From NCBI RefSeq assembly GCF_057098645.1, contig NZ_CM169472.1: a DNA stretch of 64,000 bases; one strand, 5' to 3'. Below are positions 1 through 11,459 of this stretch, piece by piece. The position numbers were made by a program, and so were the translations under genes. Every line of letters starts with the position of its first letter. The stretch's first letter is position 1. A model generated the notes under the pieces. That model was given only the letters and a program-made list of their open reading frames with translations. It ran no database searches and was not told the origin of the DNA.

Positions 1-1166
1 ATCGCGCCGCAGCGCAACGCATTCTGCCGCCGTTCCTGTTCCACTATATGGATGGGGGTGCATATTCTGAATACACGCTGCGCCGCAACGTGGAAGATTT
101 GTCAGAAGTGGCGCTGCGCCAGCGTATTCTGAAAAACATGTCCGACTTAAGCCTGGAAACGACGCTGTTTAATGAGAAATTGTCGATGCCAGTGGCGCTA
201 GGTCCGGTAGGTTTGTGTGGCATGTATGCGCGACGCGGCGAAGTTCAGGCAGCCAAAGCGGCGGATGCGCATGGCATTCCGTTTACTCTCTCGACGGTTT
301 CCGTTTGCCCGATTGAAGAAGTCGCGCCAGCCATCAAGCGCCCAATGTGGTTCCAGCTTTATGTACTGCGCGATCGCGGCTTTATGCGTAACGCGCTGGA
401 GCGAGCAAAAGCAGCGGGTTGTTCGACGCTGGTTTTCACCGTGGATATGCCGACACCGGGAGCGCGTTATCGTGATGCGCATTCTGGGATGAGCGGCCCG
501 AACGCGGCAATGCGCCGCTATTTGCAGGCGGTGACGCATCCGCAATGGGCGTGGGATGTGGGCCTGAACGGTCGTCCGCATGATTTAGGAAATATTTCGG
601 CTTACCTCGGCAAACCGACCGGACTGGAAGATTACATCGGCTGGCTGGGGAATAACTTCGATCCGTCCATCTCATGGAAAGACCTTGAGTGGATCCGCGA
701 TTTCTGGGATGGCCCGATGGTGATCAAAGGGATCCTCGATCCGGAAGATGCGCGCGATGCAGTACGTTTTGGTGCTGATGGGATTGTAGTTTCTAACCAC
801 GGTGGCCGCCAGCTGGACGGTGTACTCTCTTCCGCTCGTGCACTGCCTGCTATTGCAGATGCGGTGAAAGGTGATATAGCCATTCTGGCGGATAGCGGAA
901 TTCGTAACGGGCTTGATGTCGTGCGTATGATTGCGCTCGGTGCCGACACCGTACTGCTGGGTCGTGCTTTCTTGTATGCGCTGGCAACAGCGGGCCAGGC
1001 GGGTGTAGCTAACCTGCTAAATCTGATCGAAAAAGAGATGAAAGTGGCGATGACGCTGACTGGCGCGAAATCGATCAGCGAAATTACGCAAGATTCGCTG
1101 GTGCAGGGGCTGGGTAAAGAGTTGCCTGCGGCACTGGCTCCCATGGCGAAAGGGAATGCGGCATAG
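1..1166 (+). CDS. lldD: L-lactate dehydrogenase (FMN-dependent alpha-hydroxy acid dehydrogenase), 5' end cut by window edge
   Basis: Frame-3 translation from base 3 reads [19 protein letters not shown]..., continuous with ORF 48..1166; stop at 1164-1166. Recognised as LldD by sequence and lld-trmL-cysE synteny. Confidence 0.9.
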
Positions 1167-1176
1167 TCATTTGCGC

Positions 1177-1269
1177 CCCCTCCCCCTAACCCTCTCCCTC
1201 AGGGAGCTGTCTCTTGATCAGATCTCCTGATCAAGAGACAGGGGGAGGGCCGGGGTGAGGGGAAAAGGC
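1177..1269. repeat. Imperfect ~90-bp palindrome; perfect 15-bp inverted core arms (ctgtctcttgatcag / ctgatcaagagacag, 1207-1221 and 1227-1241) flanked by C-rich and G-rich arms
   Basis: Read directly: ccctctccctcagggag-CTGTCTCTTGATCAGATCT-cc-tgatcaagagacag-ggggagggccggggtgagggg. The 19-mer at 1207-1225 matches the IS50 inside-end sequence as I recall it. Confidence 0.5.
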
Positions 1270-1320
1270 CGCACGGTTCACCAATTTTCTGCTATCCTGC
1301 CCCCGCACTAAGGGGGCAGT

Positions 1321-1794
1321 ATGCTAAACATCGTACTTTACGAACCAGAAATTCCGCCAAATACTGGCAACATCATCCGTCTTTGCGCTAATACCGGCTT
1401 TCGTCTGCATATCATCGAACCGATGGGATTTGCCTGGGACGATAAGCGCCTGCGCCGCGCGGGGCTGGACTATCACGAGTTTACCGCCGTTACGCGTCAT
1501 CATGACTACAGCGCGTTCCTCGAAGCAGAAAATCCCCAGCGCCTGTTTGCCCTCACCACGAAAGGTACGCCTGCTCACAGCGCCGTAAGCTATCAGGATG
1601 GCGATTATCTGATGTTCGGCCCGGAAACACGCGGCCTGCCAGCGAGCATTCTTGATGCCCTGCCCGCTGAACAAAAAATTCGCATTCCGATGGTGCCAGA
1701 CAGCCGCAGCATGAACCTGTCCAATGCGGTGTCGGTAGTGGTGTATGAAGCCTGGCGGCAGCTGGGATATCCGGGAGCGGTGTTGAGAGATTAG
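1321..1794 (+). CDS. trmL: tRNA (cytidine/uridine-2'-O)-methyltransferase, SpoU/TrmH family
   Basis: 157-aa ORF, SpoU-type methyltransferase sequence, position between lldD and cysE. Confidence 0.9.
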   Translation: MLNIVLYEPEIPPNTGNIIRLCANTGFRLHIIEPMGFAWDDKRLRRAGLDYHEFTAVTRHHDYSAFLEAENPQRLFALTTKGTPAHSAVSYQDGDYLMFGPETRGLPASILDALPAEQKIRIPMVPDSRSMNLSNAVSVVVYEAWRQLGYPGAVLRD

Positions 1795-1846
1795 TTACGC
1801 CATGCCGGATAGATGATTACATCGCATCCGGCACGATCACAGGACA

Positions 1847-2668
1847 TCAGATCCCATCCCCATACTCAAATGTATGGTTAATACCGTTGAAATGCTGGTC
1901 CATATCCATTGATGGCTTATCGCTGTCTGGTTTACCGACAATGCGTGCCGGAACGCCAGCGGCGGTGGTATGCGGCGGCACCGGTTGCAGCACCACGGAA
2001 CCTGCGCCAATCTTCGCGCCGCGACCAACTTCAATATTGCCGAGAATCTTCGCGCCCGCGCCAATCATCACGCCTTCACGAATTTTCGGGTGACGGTCGC
2101 CGCTAGTTTTCCCAGTACCGCCAAGGGTGACGGATTGCAGAATCGACACGTCGTTTTCAATCACCGCCGTTTCACCCACAACGATACCCGTGGCGTGATC
2201 AAGCATGATACCGCGACCAATTTTTGCTGCCGGGTGAATATCAACCTGGAACGTCACAGAAACCTGGTTTTGCAGAAAGATTGCCAGTGCGCGACGCCCC
2301 TGATTCCACAACCAGTGACCGATGCGATAGGCCTGCAAGGCATGAAAACCCTTCAGGTATAACAACGGGGTTGAGTATTTATCGACTGCCGGGTCGCGGG
2401 TACGCACCGCCTGAATATCACAGGCCGCAGAGGCGATCATTTCCGTGTCAGCGGCGTAGGCTTCTTCCACCACCTCACGGATAGCAATAGCAGGCATAAT
2501 TGGCGATGACAGCTTGTTCGCCAGCATGTAGCTCAGTGCACTGCCAAGGTTTTCGTGCTTGAGTAGCGTCGCGTGGTAAAAACTGGCCAGCATTGGCTCA
2601 CAGTCCGCCAGCGTTCTGGCTTCGGCTTTAATATTGTTCCAGACAATTTCCAGTTCTTCACACGACAT
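1847..2668 (-). CDS. cysE: Serine O-acetyltransferase
   Basis: 273-aa ORF with hexapeptide-repeat C-terminal region (IGxGxxIGAGxxV...). Confidence 0.95.
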   Translation of the reverse strand: MSCEELEIVWNNIKAEARTLADCEPMLASFYHATLLKHENLGSALSYMLANKLSSPIMPAIAIREVVEEAYAADTEMIASAACDIQAVRTRDPAVDKYSTPLLYLKGFHALQAYRIGHWLWNQGRRALAIFLQNQVSVTFQVDIHPAAKIGRGIMLDHATGIVVGETAVIENDVSILQSVTLGGTGKTSGDRHPKIREGVMIGAGAKILGNIEVGRGAKIGAGSVVLQPVPPHTTAAGVPARIVGKPDSDKPSMDMDQHFNGINHTFEYGDGI

Positions 2669-2747
2669 TGCTTACTCCACACGATGAGATAATGACCGGC
2701 CCGTTCTGCGCGGGCCGGGTCATAGCGGTAACAAAGGTTCCCTGGGG

Positions 2748-3767
2748 TTAGTGGCTGCTGCGCTCGTCCTTGCGTGCACGACCTAATAACGTCAATGCTG
2801 CCTCGCGCGCGTTTTTTCCGCAATATAATACTTGATAAATTTCCTCGGTTATTGGCATTTCAACGCCGAAGCGATGCGCCAGTTCGCGGACTTCTTTCGT
2901 ATTGCGGTAGCCTTCCACCACCTGACCAATCTTCTCCTGCGCGCTTTGTACATCCATGCCCTGACCGAGCATCATGCCAAAACGGCGGTTACGCGACTGG
3001 TTGTCGGTACAGGTAAGCACCAAATCGCCAAGCCCCGCCATGCCCATAAAGGTGGCAGGATCGGCACCCAGCGCCGCGCCAAGACGCGACATTTCAGCCA
3101 GCCCACGGGTGATCAGCGCCGTACGCGCATTCGCACCAAAACCGATACCGTCGGACATCCCCGCACCAATGGCAATGACGTTTTTCACCGCGCCGCCAAG
3201 CTGCACGCCAATGAAATCCGGATTGCTGTAAACGCGGAAACTTTTGCCGCAGTGCAGCAGCTGCTGAAGATCATCAGCAAAAGTTTGGTCGGTCGAGGCC
3301 AGCGAAATGGCTGTCGGTAAACCTGCCGCCAGTTCTTTCGCAAACGTTGGGCCAGAGATAACCGCCAGCGGAATTTGATCGCCTAACGCCTCGCGGGCCA
3401 CGTCCTGTAACAGACGCCCGGTTTCCGCTTCCAGCCCTTTGGTCGCCCACACCAGACGCGCATCAGGACGCATCAGCGGTTTAATCTGGCGCAGCACTTC
3501 ACCAAAGACATGGCTGGGTACGACGACAAGTATATTACGGCTGGCTGCCAGCGCAGTGGCGAGATCGCTTTCAAGATGGAGCGTATCGGGAAAAGGCACA
3601 TCGGGGAGAAACGCGGCGTTACAGCGGTCGCGTTCAAGCGTTGCGATATGTTCAGGGTCATGGCCCCAGAGGACAACCTCGTGGCCATTTCTTGCCAGGG
3701 TAATGGCAAGAGCGGTGCCGTACGAGCCGGCACCGATCACAGTCATTGAAGCATTACGTTGGTTCAT
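2748..3767 (-). CDS. gpsA: NAD(P)H-dependent glycerol-3-phosphate dehydrogenase
   Basis: 339-aa ORF, N-terminal [11 protein letters not shown]ossmann motif; cysE-gpsA-secB-grxC synteny. Confidence 0.95.
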   Translation of the reverse strand: MNQRNASMTVIGAGSYGTALAITLARNGHEVVLWGHDPEHIATLERDRCNAAFLPDVPFPDTLHLESDLATALAASRNILVVVPSHVFGEVLRQIKPLMRPDARLVWATKGLEAETGRLLQDVAREALGDQIPLAVISGPTFAKELAAGLPTAISLASTDQTFADDLQQLLHCGKSFRVYSNPDFIGVQLGGAVKNVIAIGAGMSDGIGFGANARTALITRGLAEMSRLGAALGADPATFMGMAGLGDLVLTCTDNQSRNRRFGMMLGQGMDVQSAQEKIGQVVEGYRNTKEVRELAHRFGVEMPITEEIYQVLYCGKNAREAALTLLGRARKDERSSH

Positions 3768-4234
3768 CAGGCATCCTGATGTTCTTCAGTACCTTCGCCA
3801 GCCTGCTGCTGCAAATAGTTCATGAACAGCGCATCGAAGTTAACCGGCGCAAGGTTCAGTTGCGGGAATGTACCGCGGGATACCATGCTGGTGATGCACT
3901 CACGAGCATACGGGAACAGAATGTTCGGGCAGTATGCGCCCAGGCAATGTGCCATCTGGGTGCCTTCGATACCCGCGATGGAGAAAATACCGCCCTGCTG
4001 AACTTCACACAGGAACGCGGTTTCTTCGCCCAGGGAGGCCGTTACGGTAACACGCAGTACCACTTCGTAAACGTCATCTGCCAGTTGAGTAGATGCCGTA
4101 TCCAGATCAAGTTTAACTTCTGGCTGCCAATCTTTCTGGAAAACGTGCGGCGCGTTCGGCGCTTCGAAAGAAATATCCTTGGTATAAATACGTTGGATCT
4201 GGAAAGTCATTTCGGTGTTGTTTTGTTCTGACAT
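3767..4234 (-). CDS. secB: Protein-export chaperone SecB
   Basis: 155-aa [32 protein letters not shown]...; stop overlaps gpsA start. Confidence 0.95.
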
Positions 4235-4296
4235 GTGTAGAAAACCCTTAAGTGTTGTCCTTAAATACTGCGCAATGTAATGCCAACGTTCACACG

Positions 4297-4548
4297 TTAT
4301 TTCAGCAGGGGATCCAGTCCACCACGTGCATCCAATGCATACAAGTCATCACAGCCGCCAATGTGCTGTGCGTCAATAAAAATCTGGGGAACCGTGGTGC
4401 GACCGCTGCGTTTGATCATCTCTTCACGCTTGGCGGCGTTGCCATCGATCGGCAGCTCCTGGAAACTCACGCCCTTGCTGCTCAGCAGTGCTTTTGCACG
4501 ATGGCAATACGGGCAGGTTTCTTTGGTATAGATTTCAACATTGGCCAT
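4297..4548 (-). CDS. grxC: Glutaredoxin 3
   Basis: 83-aa ORF with CPYC active-site motif ([19 protein letters not shown]...). Confidence 0.95.
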
Positions 4549-4688
4549 AAATTAGCTCCTGTTTTTTACCCTGAAATTTCATGTTGCAGGGCGGCAGCAA
4601 AATGGAGTGTCCCCAGAAGCTTATAACAATAAGTCGCTGGGGGCCTAATTGCAGCTAACGGTCTGCATCATGAAAGACGACAGGTAAA

Positions 4689-5120
4689 TTATTTGCCGCG
4701 CACCAAAGGCAAGTTTTCGCCAGCCCAGCCAGCGACGCCTTCTTTCAGCACGAATACTTGCGCAAAACCAGCTTTCGTCAGTGCGTTTGCAGGCTCCTGG
4801 CACTGCATGCCAGAACCGTCTACCACGATAACCGGTTTGTCTTTGTGCTTCTCAAGCTCACCAACATTGTTGGCTTTGATTTCGCTCGGCAACAGATTAA
4901 TAGAACCTGCGATATGGCCTTTACGGAAGTCATCACGCTGACGTAAATCCACAACCACAGCGTCTTCTTTGTTGATCAGACGCGTAGCTTCACCACGAGT
5001 AATCACCTTCACTTTCGAGGTCAGGCTCTTAAACGTAGTCACAAGAACCGCCACCAGTAACGCGATCCAGGCGATACTCAGTATGGGATGACGGCCAACA
5101 AATTGCATAATTTCTTGCAT
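4689..5120 (-). CDS. yibN: Rhodanese-domain inner membrane protein
   Basis: ORF 4689..5132; start set at internal Met (MQEIMQFVG...) for a 143-aa product; N-terminal TM helix then rhodanese-like domain. Confidence 0.85.
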
Positions 5121-5364
5121 GGGGGGTAACAACTCCCGACGTAGTGATTAAAAAAACCAGGAAAGGAGTATACCTGCGCGGTGCGGCAAATACAGCCAGC
5201 GCGTTAACTGGAATGCAATTTTGCGGGGCGCGACGAAAAAAAAGCGTAAATCTGGCATCGGCTTGCCGCGGGCGGTCGTATATTTTGATCTTCAGAGGCT
5301 ATTTTATCGATTCAGCTGTAGTAAAATTACGCAAATTTTGACTCTTGAGTATGAGGTTGTCGCA

Positions 5365-6909
5365 ATGTCGGTTTCTAAAAAACCTATGGTACTGGTGATT
5401 CTGGATGGCTATGGCTATCGCGAAGAACAGCAGGATAACGCCATTTTTAGTGCTAAAACCCCGGTAATGGATGCACTGTGGGCCAATCGTCCGCATACCC
5501 TGATCGACGCTTCCGGTCTGGAAGTCGGTCTGCCTGACCGTCAGATGGGGAACTCCGAAGTAGGCCACGTTAACCTGGGTGCCGGCCGCATCGTGTATCA
5601 GGACCTGACTCGTCTGGACGTTGAAATCAAAGATCGCGCTTTCTTTGCTAATCCGGTGCTGACTGGCGCGGTAGATAAAGCGAAAAACGCAGGTAAAGCA
5701 GTACACATTATGGGTCTGCTCTCCGCAGGCGGCGTACACAGCCACGAAGATCACATCATGGCGATGGTAGAACTGGCAGCTGAACGCGGCGCAGAAAAAA
5801 TCTACCTGCACGCATTCCTTGACGGTCGCGACACTCCGCCGCGCAGTGCTGAATCCTCGCTGAAAAAGTTTGAAGAGAAATTTGCTGCGCTGGGTAAAGG
5901 CCGCGTAGCGTCCATCATTGGTCGTTACTACGCGATGGACCGCGATAACCGTTGGGATCGCGTTGAAAAAGCTTATGACCTGCTGACTCTGGCGCAGGGT
6001 GAGTTCCAGGCCGATACCGCCGTTGCTGGTTTGCAGGCAGCTTATGCTCGCGACGAAAACGACGAGTTCGTGAAAGCGACCGTTATTCGTGCAGAAGGTC
6101 AGCCAGACGCGGCAATGGAAGACGGCGATGCGCTGATTTTCATGAACTTCCGTGCTGACCGCGCGCGTGAAATCACTCGTGCTTTCGTGAACGCTGATTT
6201 CGATGGCTTCGCGCGTAAGAAAGTGGTTAACGTGGATTTCGTGATGCTGACCGAATACGCCGCTGACATCAAAACTGCGGTTGCTTACCCACCAGCTTCC
6301 CTGGTTAACACCTTCGGCGAGTGGATGGCGAAAAACGACAAAACTCAGCTGCGAATTTCCGAAACCGAAAAATATGCCCACGTCACTTTCTTCTTTAACG
6401 GTGGTGTAGAAGAGTCGTTCAAAGGCGAAGACCGCATTCTGATCAACTCACCGAAAGTGGCAACTTACGATCTGCAACCGGAAATGAGCTCCGCAGAGCT
6501 GACCGAAAAACTGGTTGCGGCAATCAAGAGCGGCAAATACGACACCATCATCTGTAACTACCCGAACGGTGACATGGTAGGTCACACCGGGGTGATGGAA
6601 GCAGCAGTTAAAGCCGTTGAAGCGCTGGATCACTGCGTGGATGAAGTTGCGAAAGCGGTTGAGTCTGTAGGTGGACAACTGCTGATCACCGCTGACCACG
6701 GTAACGCTGAACAGATGCGCGATCCGGCAACGGGTCAGGCGCACACAGCACACACCAACCTGCCAGTTCCGCTGATTTACGTTGGTGATAAGAACGTGAA
6801 AGCGGTTGAAGGCGGCAAACTTTCTGACATCGCGCCGACCATGTTGTCGCTGATGGGTATGGAAATCCCGCAAGAGATGACTGGTAAGCCGCTGTTCATC
6901 GTGGAATAA
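5365..6909 (+). CDS. gpmM: 2,3-bisphosphoglycerate-independent phosphoglycerate mutase
   Basis: ORF 5221..6909 has an upstream extension; start set at Met49 ([18 protein letters not shown]...) for a 514-aa product. Confidence 0.95.
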   Translation: MSVSKKPMVLVILDGYGYREEQQDNAIFSAKTPVMDALWANRPHTLIDASGLEVGLPDRQMGNSEVGHVNLGAGRIVYQDLTRLDVEIKDRAFFANPVLTGAVDKAKNAGKAVHIMGLLSAGGVHSHEDHIMAMVELAAERGAEKIYLHAFLDGRDTPPRSAESSLKKFEEKFAALGKGRVASIIGRYYAMDRDNRWDRVEKAYDLLTLAQGEFQADTAVAGLQAAYARDENDEFVKATVIRAEGQPDAAMEDGDALIFMNFRADRAREITRAFVNADFDGFARKKVVNVDFVMLTEYAADIKTAVAYPPASLVNTFGEWMAKNDKTQLRISETEKYAHVTFFFNGGVEESFKGEDRILINSPKVATYDLQPEMSSAELTEKLVAAIKSGKYDTIICNYPNGDMVGHTGVMEAAVKAVEALDHCVDEVAKAVESVGGQLLITADHGNAEQMRDPATGQAHTAHTNLPVPLIYVGDKNVKAVEGGKLSDIAPTMLSLMGMEIPQEMTGKPLFIVE

Positions 6910-6942
6910 TCCCTCCCCATGAGGGGAAAGGCGATTAATACC

Positions 6943-8202
6943 ATGACACGGGCCGTGAAACCGCGCAGGTTTGCAATCAGGCCCATCATCTACGCCAGCG
7001 TTCTTAGCGCTGGCGTATTGTTGTGCGCCTTTTCCGCCCACGCGGATGAGCGTGACCAACTCAAATCTATTCAGGCCGATATCGCCGCGAAAGAGCGCGC
7101 GGTACGCCAAAAGCAACAACAACGCGCAAGCCTGCTCGCACAATTGAAAAAGCAGGAAGAAGCGATCTCGGAAGCCACCCGTAAGCTGCGCGAAACGCAA
7201 AACACGCTCAATCAACTGAATAAACAGATTGATGAGATGAACGCGTCGATTGCCAAACTGGAGCAGCAAAAAGCCGCCCAGGAACGCAGCCTCGCCGCGC
7301 AACTGGATGCCGCATTCCGTCAGGGCGAGCATACCGGTATTCAGCTGATTCTCAGCGGTGAAGAAAGCCAGCGTGGACAGCGTTTACAGGCTTATTTCGG
7401 CTATCTCAACCAGGCGCGACAAGAAACCATTGCCCAGTTGAAGCAAACGCGTGAAGAAGTCGCCATGCAGCGTGCTGAACTGGAAGAGAAACAGAGCGAG
7501 CAACAAACGCTGTTATATGAACAGCGCGCCCAACAGGCGAAGCTGACCCAGGCGCTGAACGAGCGTAAAAAGACGCTGGCAGGGCTGGAGTCTTCCATCC
7601 AGCAAGGTCAGCAACAGTTGAGCGAGCTGCGCGCCAACGAATCCCGTCTGCGTAACAGCATTGCCCGTGCGGAAGCCGCGGCGAAAGCGCGTGCAGAACG
7701 AGAAGCACGTGAGGCCCAGGCGGTTCGCGACCGCCAGAAAGAAGCGACGCGCAAAGGCACCACCTACAAACCGACCGAAAGCGAAAAATCGCTGATGTCC
7801 CGAACTGGTGGCCTGGGCGCGCCGCGTGGTCAGGCATTCTGGCCGGTTCGCGGGCCGACGCTGCATCGCTATGGCGAGCAGCTACAGGGTGAATTACGCT
7901 GGAAAGGGATGGTGATTGGTGCCTCTGAAGGTACTGAAGTTAAAGCGATTGCCGACGGTCGGGTGATTCTGGCTGACTGGCTGCAAGGCTACGGTCTGGT
8001 GGTGGTGGTTGAGCATGGTAAAGGCGACATGAGTCTTTACGGCTATAATCAGAGCGCACTGGTGAGCGTTGGTTCGCAGGTTCGCGCGGGCCAGCCAATT
8101 GCACTGGTGGGCAGCAGTGGCGGTCAGGGTCGGCCTTCACTCTATTTCGAAATTCGCCGCCAGGGTCAGGCGGTCAATCCACAGCCGTGGTTGGGAAGAT
8201 AA
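6943..8202 (+). CDS. envC: Murein hydrolase activator EnvC (coiled coil + degenerate LytM/M23 domain)
   Basis: ORF 6919..8202; start at MTRAVKPRRF...; signal peptide, long Q/A/E-rich coiled coil, C-terminal M23-like domain. Confidence 0.9.
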   Translation: MTRAVKPRRFAIRPIIYASVLSAGVLLCAFSAHADERDQLKSIQADIAAKERAVRQKQQQRASLLAQLKKQEEAISEATRKLRETQNTLNQLNKQIDEMNASIAKLEQQKAAQERSLAAQLDAAFRQGEHTGIQLILSGEESQRGQRLQAYFGYLNQARQETIAQLKQTREEVAMQRAELEEKQSEQQTLLYEQRAQQAKLTQALNERKKTLAGLESSIQQGQQQLSELRANESRLRNSIARAEAAAKARAEREAREAQAVRDRQKEATRKGTTYKPTESEKSLMSRTGGLGAPRGQAFWPVRGPTLHRYGEQLQGELRWKGMVIGASEGTEVKAIADGRVILADWLQGYGLVVVVEHGKGDMSLYGYNQSALVSVGSQVRAGQPIALVGSSGGQGRPSLYFEIRRQGQAVNPQPWLGR

Positions 8203-8205
8203 GTT

Positions 8206-9165
8206 TTGTTTCCATTTCGTCGTAACGTTCTTGCATTTGCCGCTCTGTTGGCGCTCTCCTCCCCCGTACTTGCTGGCAAACTTGCCATCGTCATTGATGA
8301 TTTTGGGTATCGCCCGCACAACGAAAACCAGGTGCTGGCGATGCCTTCCGCTATCTCCGTCGCTGTATTACCCGATTCACCGCACGCCAGAGAGATGGCG
8401 ACCAAAGCGCATAACAGCGGTCACGAAGTGTTGATTCATCTGCCAATGGCACCGTTGAGTAAACAGCCGCTGGAGAAAAATACGCTGCGCCCGGAGATGA
8501 GCAGCGACGAAATTGAGCGCATTATTCGTAGTGCGGTCAATAACGTGCCCTATGCCGTGGGGATCAACAACCACATGGGTAGCAAGATGACCTCTAACCT
8601 GTTTGGTATGCAGAAAGTGATGCAGGCACTGGAGCGTTACAATCTTTACTTCCTCGACAGCGTAACCATCGGTAATACCCAGGCGATGCGCGCCGCGCAA
8701 GGCACTGGCGTGAAGGTTATTAAACGGAAGGTGTTCCTCGACGATTCACAGAACGAAGCAGACATCCGTGTGCAGTTTTATCGTGCAATTGACCTGGCGC
8801 GTCGCAACGGTTCAACCATTGCCATTGGGCATCCTCACCCTTCAACGGTACGCGTGCTACAACAGATGGTTTATAACCTGCCGCCAGACATTACGCTGGT
8901 AAAAGCCAGCAGCTTGCTGAATGAACCGCAGGTTGATACGTCTACACCGCCGAAAAACACTGTGCCCGACACACCGCGTAATCCGTTCCGTGGCGTGAAG
9001 CTGTGCAAACCGAAGAAACCGATAGAACCTGTTTATGCTAATCGCTTCTTTGAAGTATTAAGCGAAAGCATCAGCCAGAGCACGCTGATCGTTTACTTCC
9101 AGCATCAGTGGCAAGGCTGGGGCAAACAGCCCGAAGCGGCGAAACTTAACGCTAGCGCAAATTAA
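8206..9165 (+). CDS. yibQ: Divergent polysaccharide deacetylase family protein
   Basis: 319-aa ORF with signal peptide; TTG start as given by the ORF track; follows envC. Confidence 0.85.
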   Translation: MFPFRRNVLAFAALLALSSPVLAGKLAIVIDDFGYRPHNENQVLAMPSAISVAVLPDSPHAREMATKAHNSGHEVLIHLPMAPLSKQPLEKNTLRPEMSSDEIERIIRSAVNNVPYAVGINNHMGSKMTSNLFGMQKVMQALERYNLYFLDSVTIGNTQAMRAAQGTGVKVIKRKVFLDDSQNEADIRVQFYRAIDLARRNGSTIAIGHPHPSTVRVLQQMVYNLPPDITLVKASSLLNEPQVDTSTPPKNTVPDTPRNPFRGVKLCKPKKPIEPVYANRFFEVLSESISQSTLIVYFQHQWQGWGKQPEAAKLNASAN

Positions 9166-10186
9166 AGGCGCTACGCGTAATGCGATGGTGCGACCGCGTT
9201 TTGTCGCGCCATTGCCATAAGCGGAAAGACCACAGTAACGCCTGGTAACCCACCTTCACGCTGCGCACATTGGTAATCAGGCGCTTATACATACCGGAAG
9301 TAAATATCTCGGCAATCATCCGTTGGCGGGTAAGAATATCCGGCTCTTTGCGCACCGCATGGCAAACACGCAATGCTTCGTAAGTTATTTGCTGATGAAA
9401 TTCCGGATAAATCGTAATTTTGTCGGCATAATTTCGATTTAATTTCTCCAGCAGGCGGGTAATCTTAATATAGTGACGTTGATAATTAAGGTTTTTATTC
9501 CCTTGTCTATGCAACCGACTCACTGACGTATTATGCAGATAATATTTATATAATGATTGCTCGGTATATCGCGCACGCAGCGCGTTAAACATGAATTCTG
9601 TTGTCCAGACAATATCCTGATGATGTAATCCGGCAATAAATTTAATGTTATTTTTAACAATAACATCGCGGCGATAAACCCCCATCCAGACCACGTGTGT
9701 CCAACGGCGCGAAGAAAGCCCCATCCGCAGCCAGTCCGGGCCGGTTAAGACGCCGGTTGAGCGAAGGCGATCGGTGGGGATGGATTGCCAGGTTTCTCCC
9801 GTTTCACGAAAACACCAGTCAGCGTTGCACTGCGCCACGTCGAGGTCGTCCTCTAACGCCATGGTCATCAGCGTTTCGTACATGGTGGGATAGACTTCAT
9901 CGTCAGCATCGACAAAAGCGACATATTTGCCCGTTGCCACTTCAATCCCACGATTACGCGCCACCGATGCGCCAGCATTCGCCTGATGCAACAAACGAAC
10001 GTGCGGATAGTTTTCTGCGTAATACTTTGCTATTTCAACAGAATTATCCGTTGAACCATCGTTAATAATAATGATTTCCAGAGCAGTCCAGGTTTGCGTA
10101 ATTAAAGATTCCATACAAGTACGGAAATCATCGCCCGCATTATATAACGGAATAATAACACTAAGTTTATTGGTGCTGTTCATCAT
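9152..10186 (-). CDS. waaH: Family-2 glycosyltransferase WaaH (YibD), LPS core modification
   Basis: 344-aa ORF, N-terminal GT2 signature (LSVIIPLYNAGDDF...DGSTDNS...DADD); convergent 14-bp overlap with yibQ. Confidence 0.85.
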   Translation of the reverse strand: MMNSTNKLSVIIPLYNAGDDFRTCMESLITQTWTALEIIIINDGSTDNSVEIAKYYAENYPHVRLLHQANAGASVARNRGIEVATGKYVAFVDADDEVYPTMYETLMTMALEDDLDVAQCNADWCFRETGETWQSIPTDRLRSTGVLTGPDWLRMGLSSRRWTHVVWMGVYRRDVIVKNNIKFIAGLHHQDIVWTTEFMFNALRARYTEQSLYKYYLHNTSVSRLHRQGNKNLNYQRHYIKITRLLEKLNRNYADKITIYPEFHQQITYEALRVCHAVRKEPDILTRQRMIAEIFTSGMYKRLITNVRSVKVGYQALLWSFRLWQWRDKTRSHHRITRSAFNLR

Positions 10187-10394
10187 AAATTACCGACGAC
10201 CTCTGAAGTTATCCTGACGTTTTACAGGCTTTGTATTAAGAAACTATTAAGCCTGTGAGATATTATTTTTACAGGTGAGAGAGTCACTTCAGGGTAGAGA
10301 GATAATGAGAGCAGCTATATAAGAGATCAGCACAATTACGAACTCTTTATTACACTGACAGGATTTTACATATTTAACAGATTATCCTCAGATA

Positions 10395-10418
10395 AAAGGG
10401 CTGGAATACCAGCCCTTG
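10395..10418 (-). terminator. Rho-independent terminator downstream of kbl-tdh
   Basis: Minus-strand hairpin aagggctgg-tatt-ccagccctt followed by T-rich tract, immediately 3' of tdh stop. Confidence 0.5.
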
Positions 10419-10424
10419 TTCGTG

Positions 10425-11450
10425 TTAATCCCAGCTCAGAATAACTTTCCCGGACTGGCCCGAACGCATAGCGTCAAAGCCCTTCTGGAAATCATCGATA
10501 GAGAAACGATGGGTAATGATCGGCGAGAGATCGAGGCCAGACTGAATCAGCGCCGCCATCTTGTACCAGGTTTCAAACATCTCACGACCGTAAATACCTT
10601 TAATGAACAAGCCTTTAAAGATCACTTTGGTCCAGTCGATAGACATATCAGACGGTGGAATACCCAGCATCGCAATGCGACCGCCGTGGTTCATGGTGTC
10701 GAGCATGGTACGAAACGCTGGCGGCGCACCAGACATTTCCAGACCGACATCAAAGCCTTCGGTCATGCCTAACTCCGCCATCACGTCATTGAGATTTTCT
10801 TTGGCGACGTTAACCGCACGGGTGATACCCATTTTACGCGCCAGCTCAAGGCGGTATTCATTAACATCCGTGATCACCACGTTGCGTGCACCAACGTGTT
10901 TCGCCACCGCCGCAGCCATAATACCTATCGGCCCTGCACCAGAGACCAGCACATCCTCGCCAACCAGATCGAACGACAGCGCGGTATGCACGGCGTTACC
11001 GAAGGGATCAAAAATGGAAGCCAGGTCGTCGGAGATATTGTCTGGGATTTTGAAGGCGTTGAACGCCGGGATCACCAGATATTCGGCGAAGCAGCCCGGA
11101 CGGTTAACGCCGACGCCGATCGTGTTGCGGCACAGATGGGTACGACCGCCACGACAGTTGCGACAGTGACCGCAGGTGATATGGCCTTCGCCAGAAACGC
11201 GATCGCCGATTTTGAAGCCTTTCACTTCCTGACCAATACCTACCACTTCACCGACATATTCATGGCCTACGACCATCGGCACCGGGATGGTTTTTTGCGA
11301 CCACTCATCCCAGTTATAGATGTGAACGTCAGTCCCGCAGATGGCTGTTTTACGGATTTTAATCAGCAGATCGTTATGCCCGAGTTCCGGTACAGGAACG
11401 TCGGTCATCCAGATGCCCTCTTCCGCTTTCAGTTTGGATAACGCTTTCAT
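10425..11450 (-). CDS. tdh: L-threonine 3-dehydrogenase (Zn-dependent)
   Basis: 341-aa ORF with zinc-ADH motifs ([16 protein letters not shown]). Confidence 0.95.
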
Positions 11451-11459
11451 CTCACATCC

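Noticed and set aside
5299-6381. 360-aa ORF on the minus strand inside gpmM
   Set aside because: Antisense to a highly conserved glycolytic gene, no RBS context, composition typical of a shadow frame.
6448-7332. 294-aa minus-strand ORF spanning the gpmM 3' end and envC 5' end
   Set aside because: Antisense shadow ORF across two conserved genes; Leu/Arg/Phe-rich frame typical of the reverse frame of a coiled-coil gene.
10330-10375. Possible pho-box-like direct repeats (CTGTTAA…CTGTCAG on the minus strand) upstream of waaH
   Set aside because: Match to the PhoB consensus is weak and was judged by eye only; not reported as a feature.
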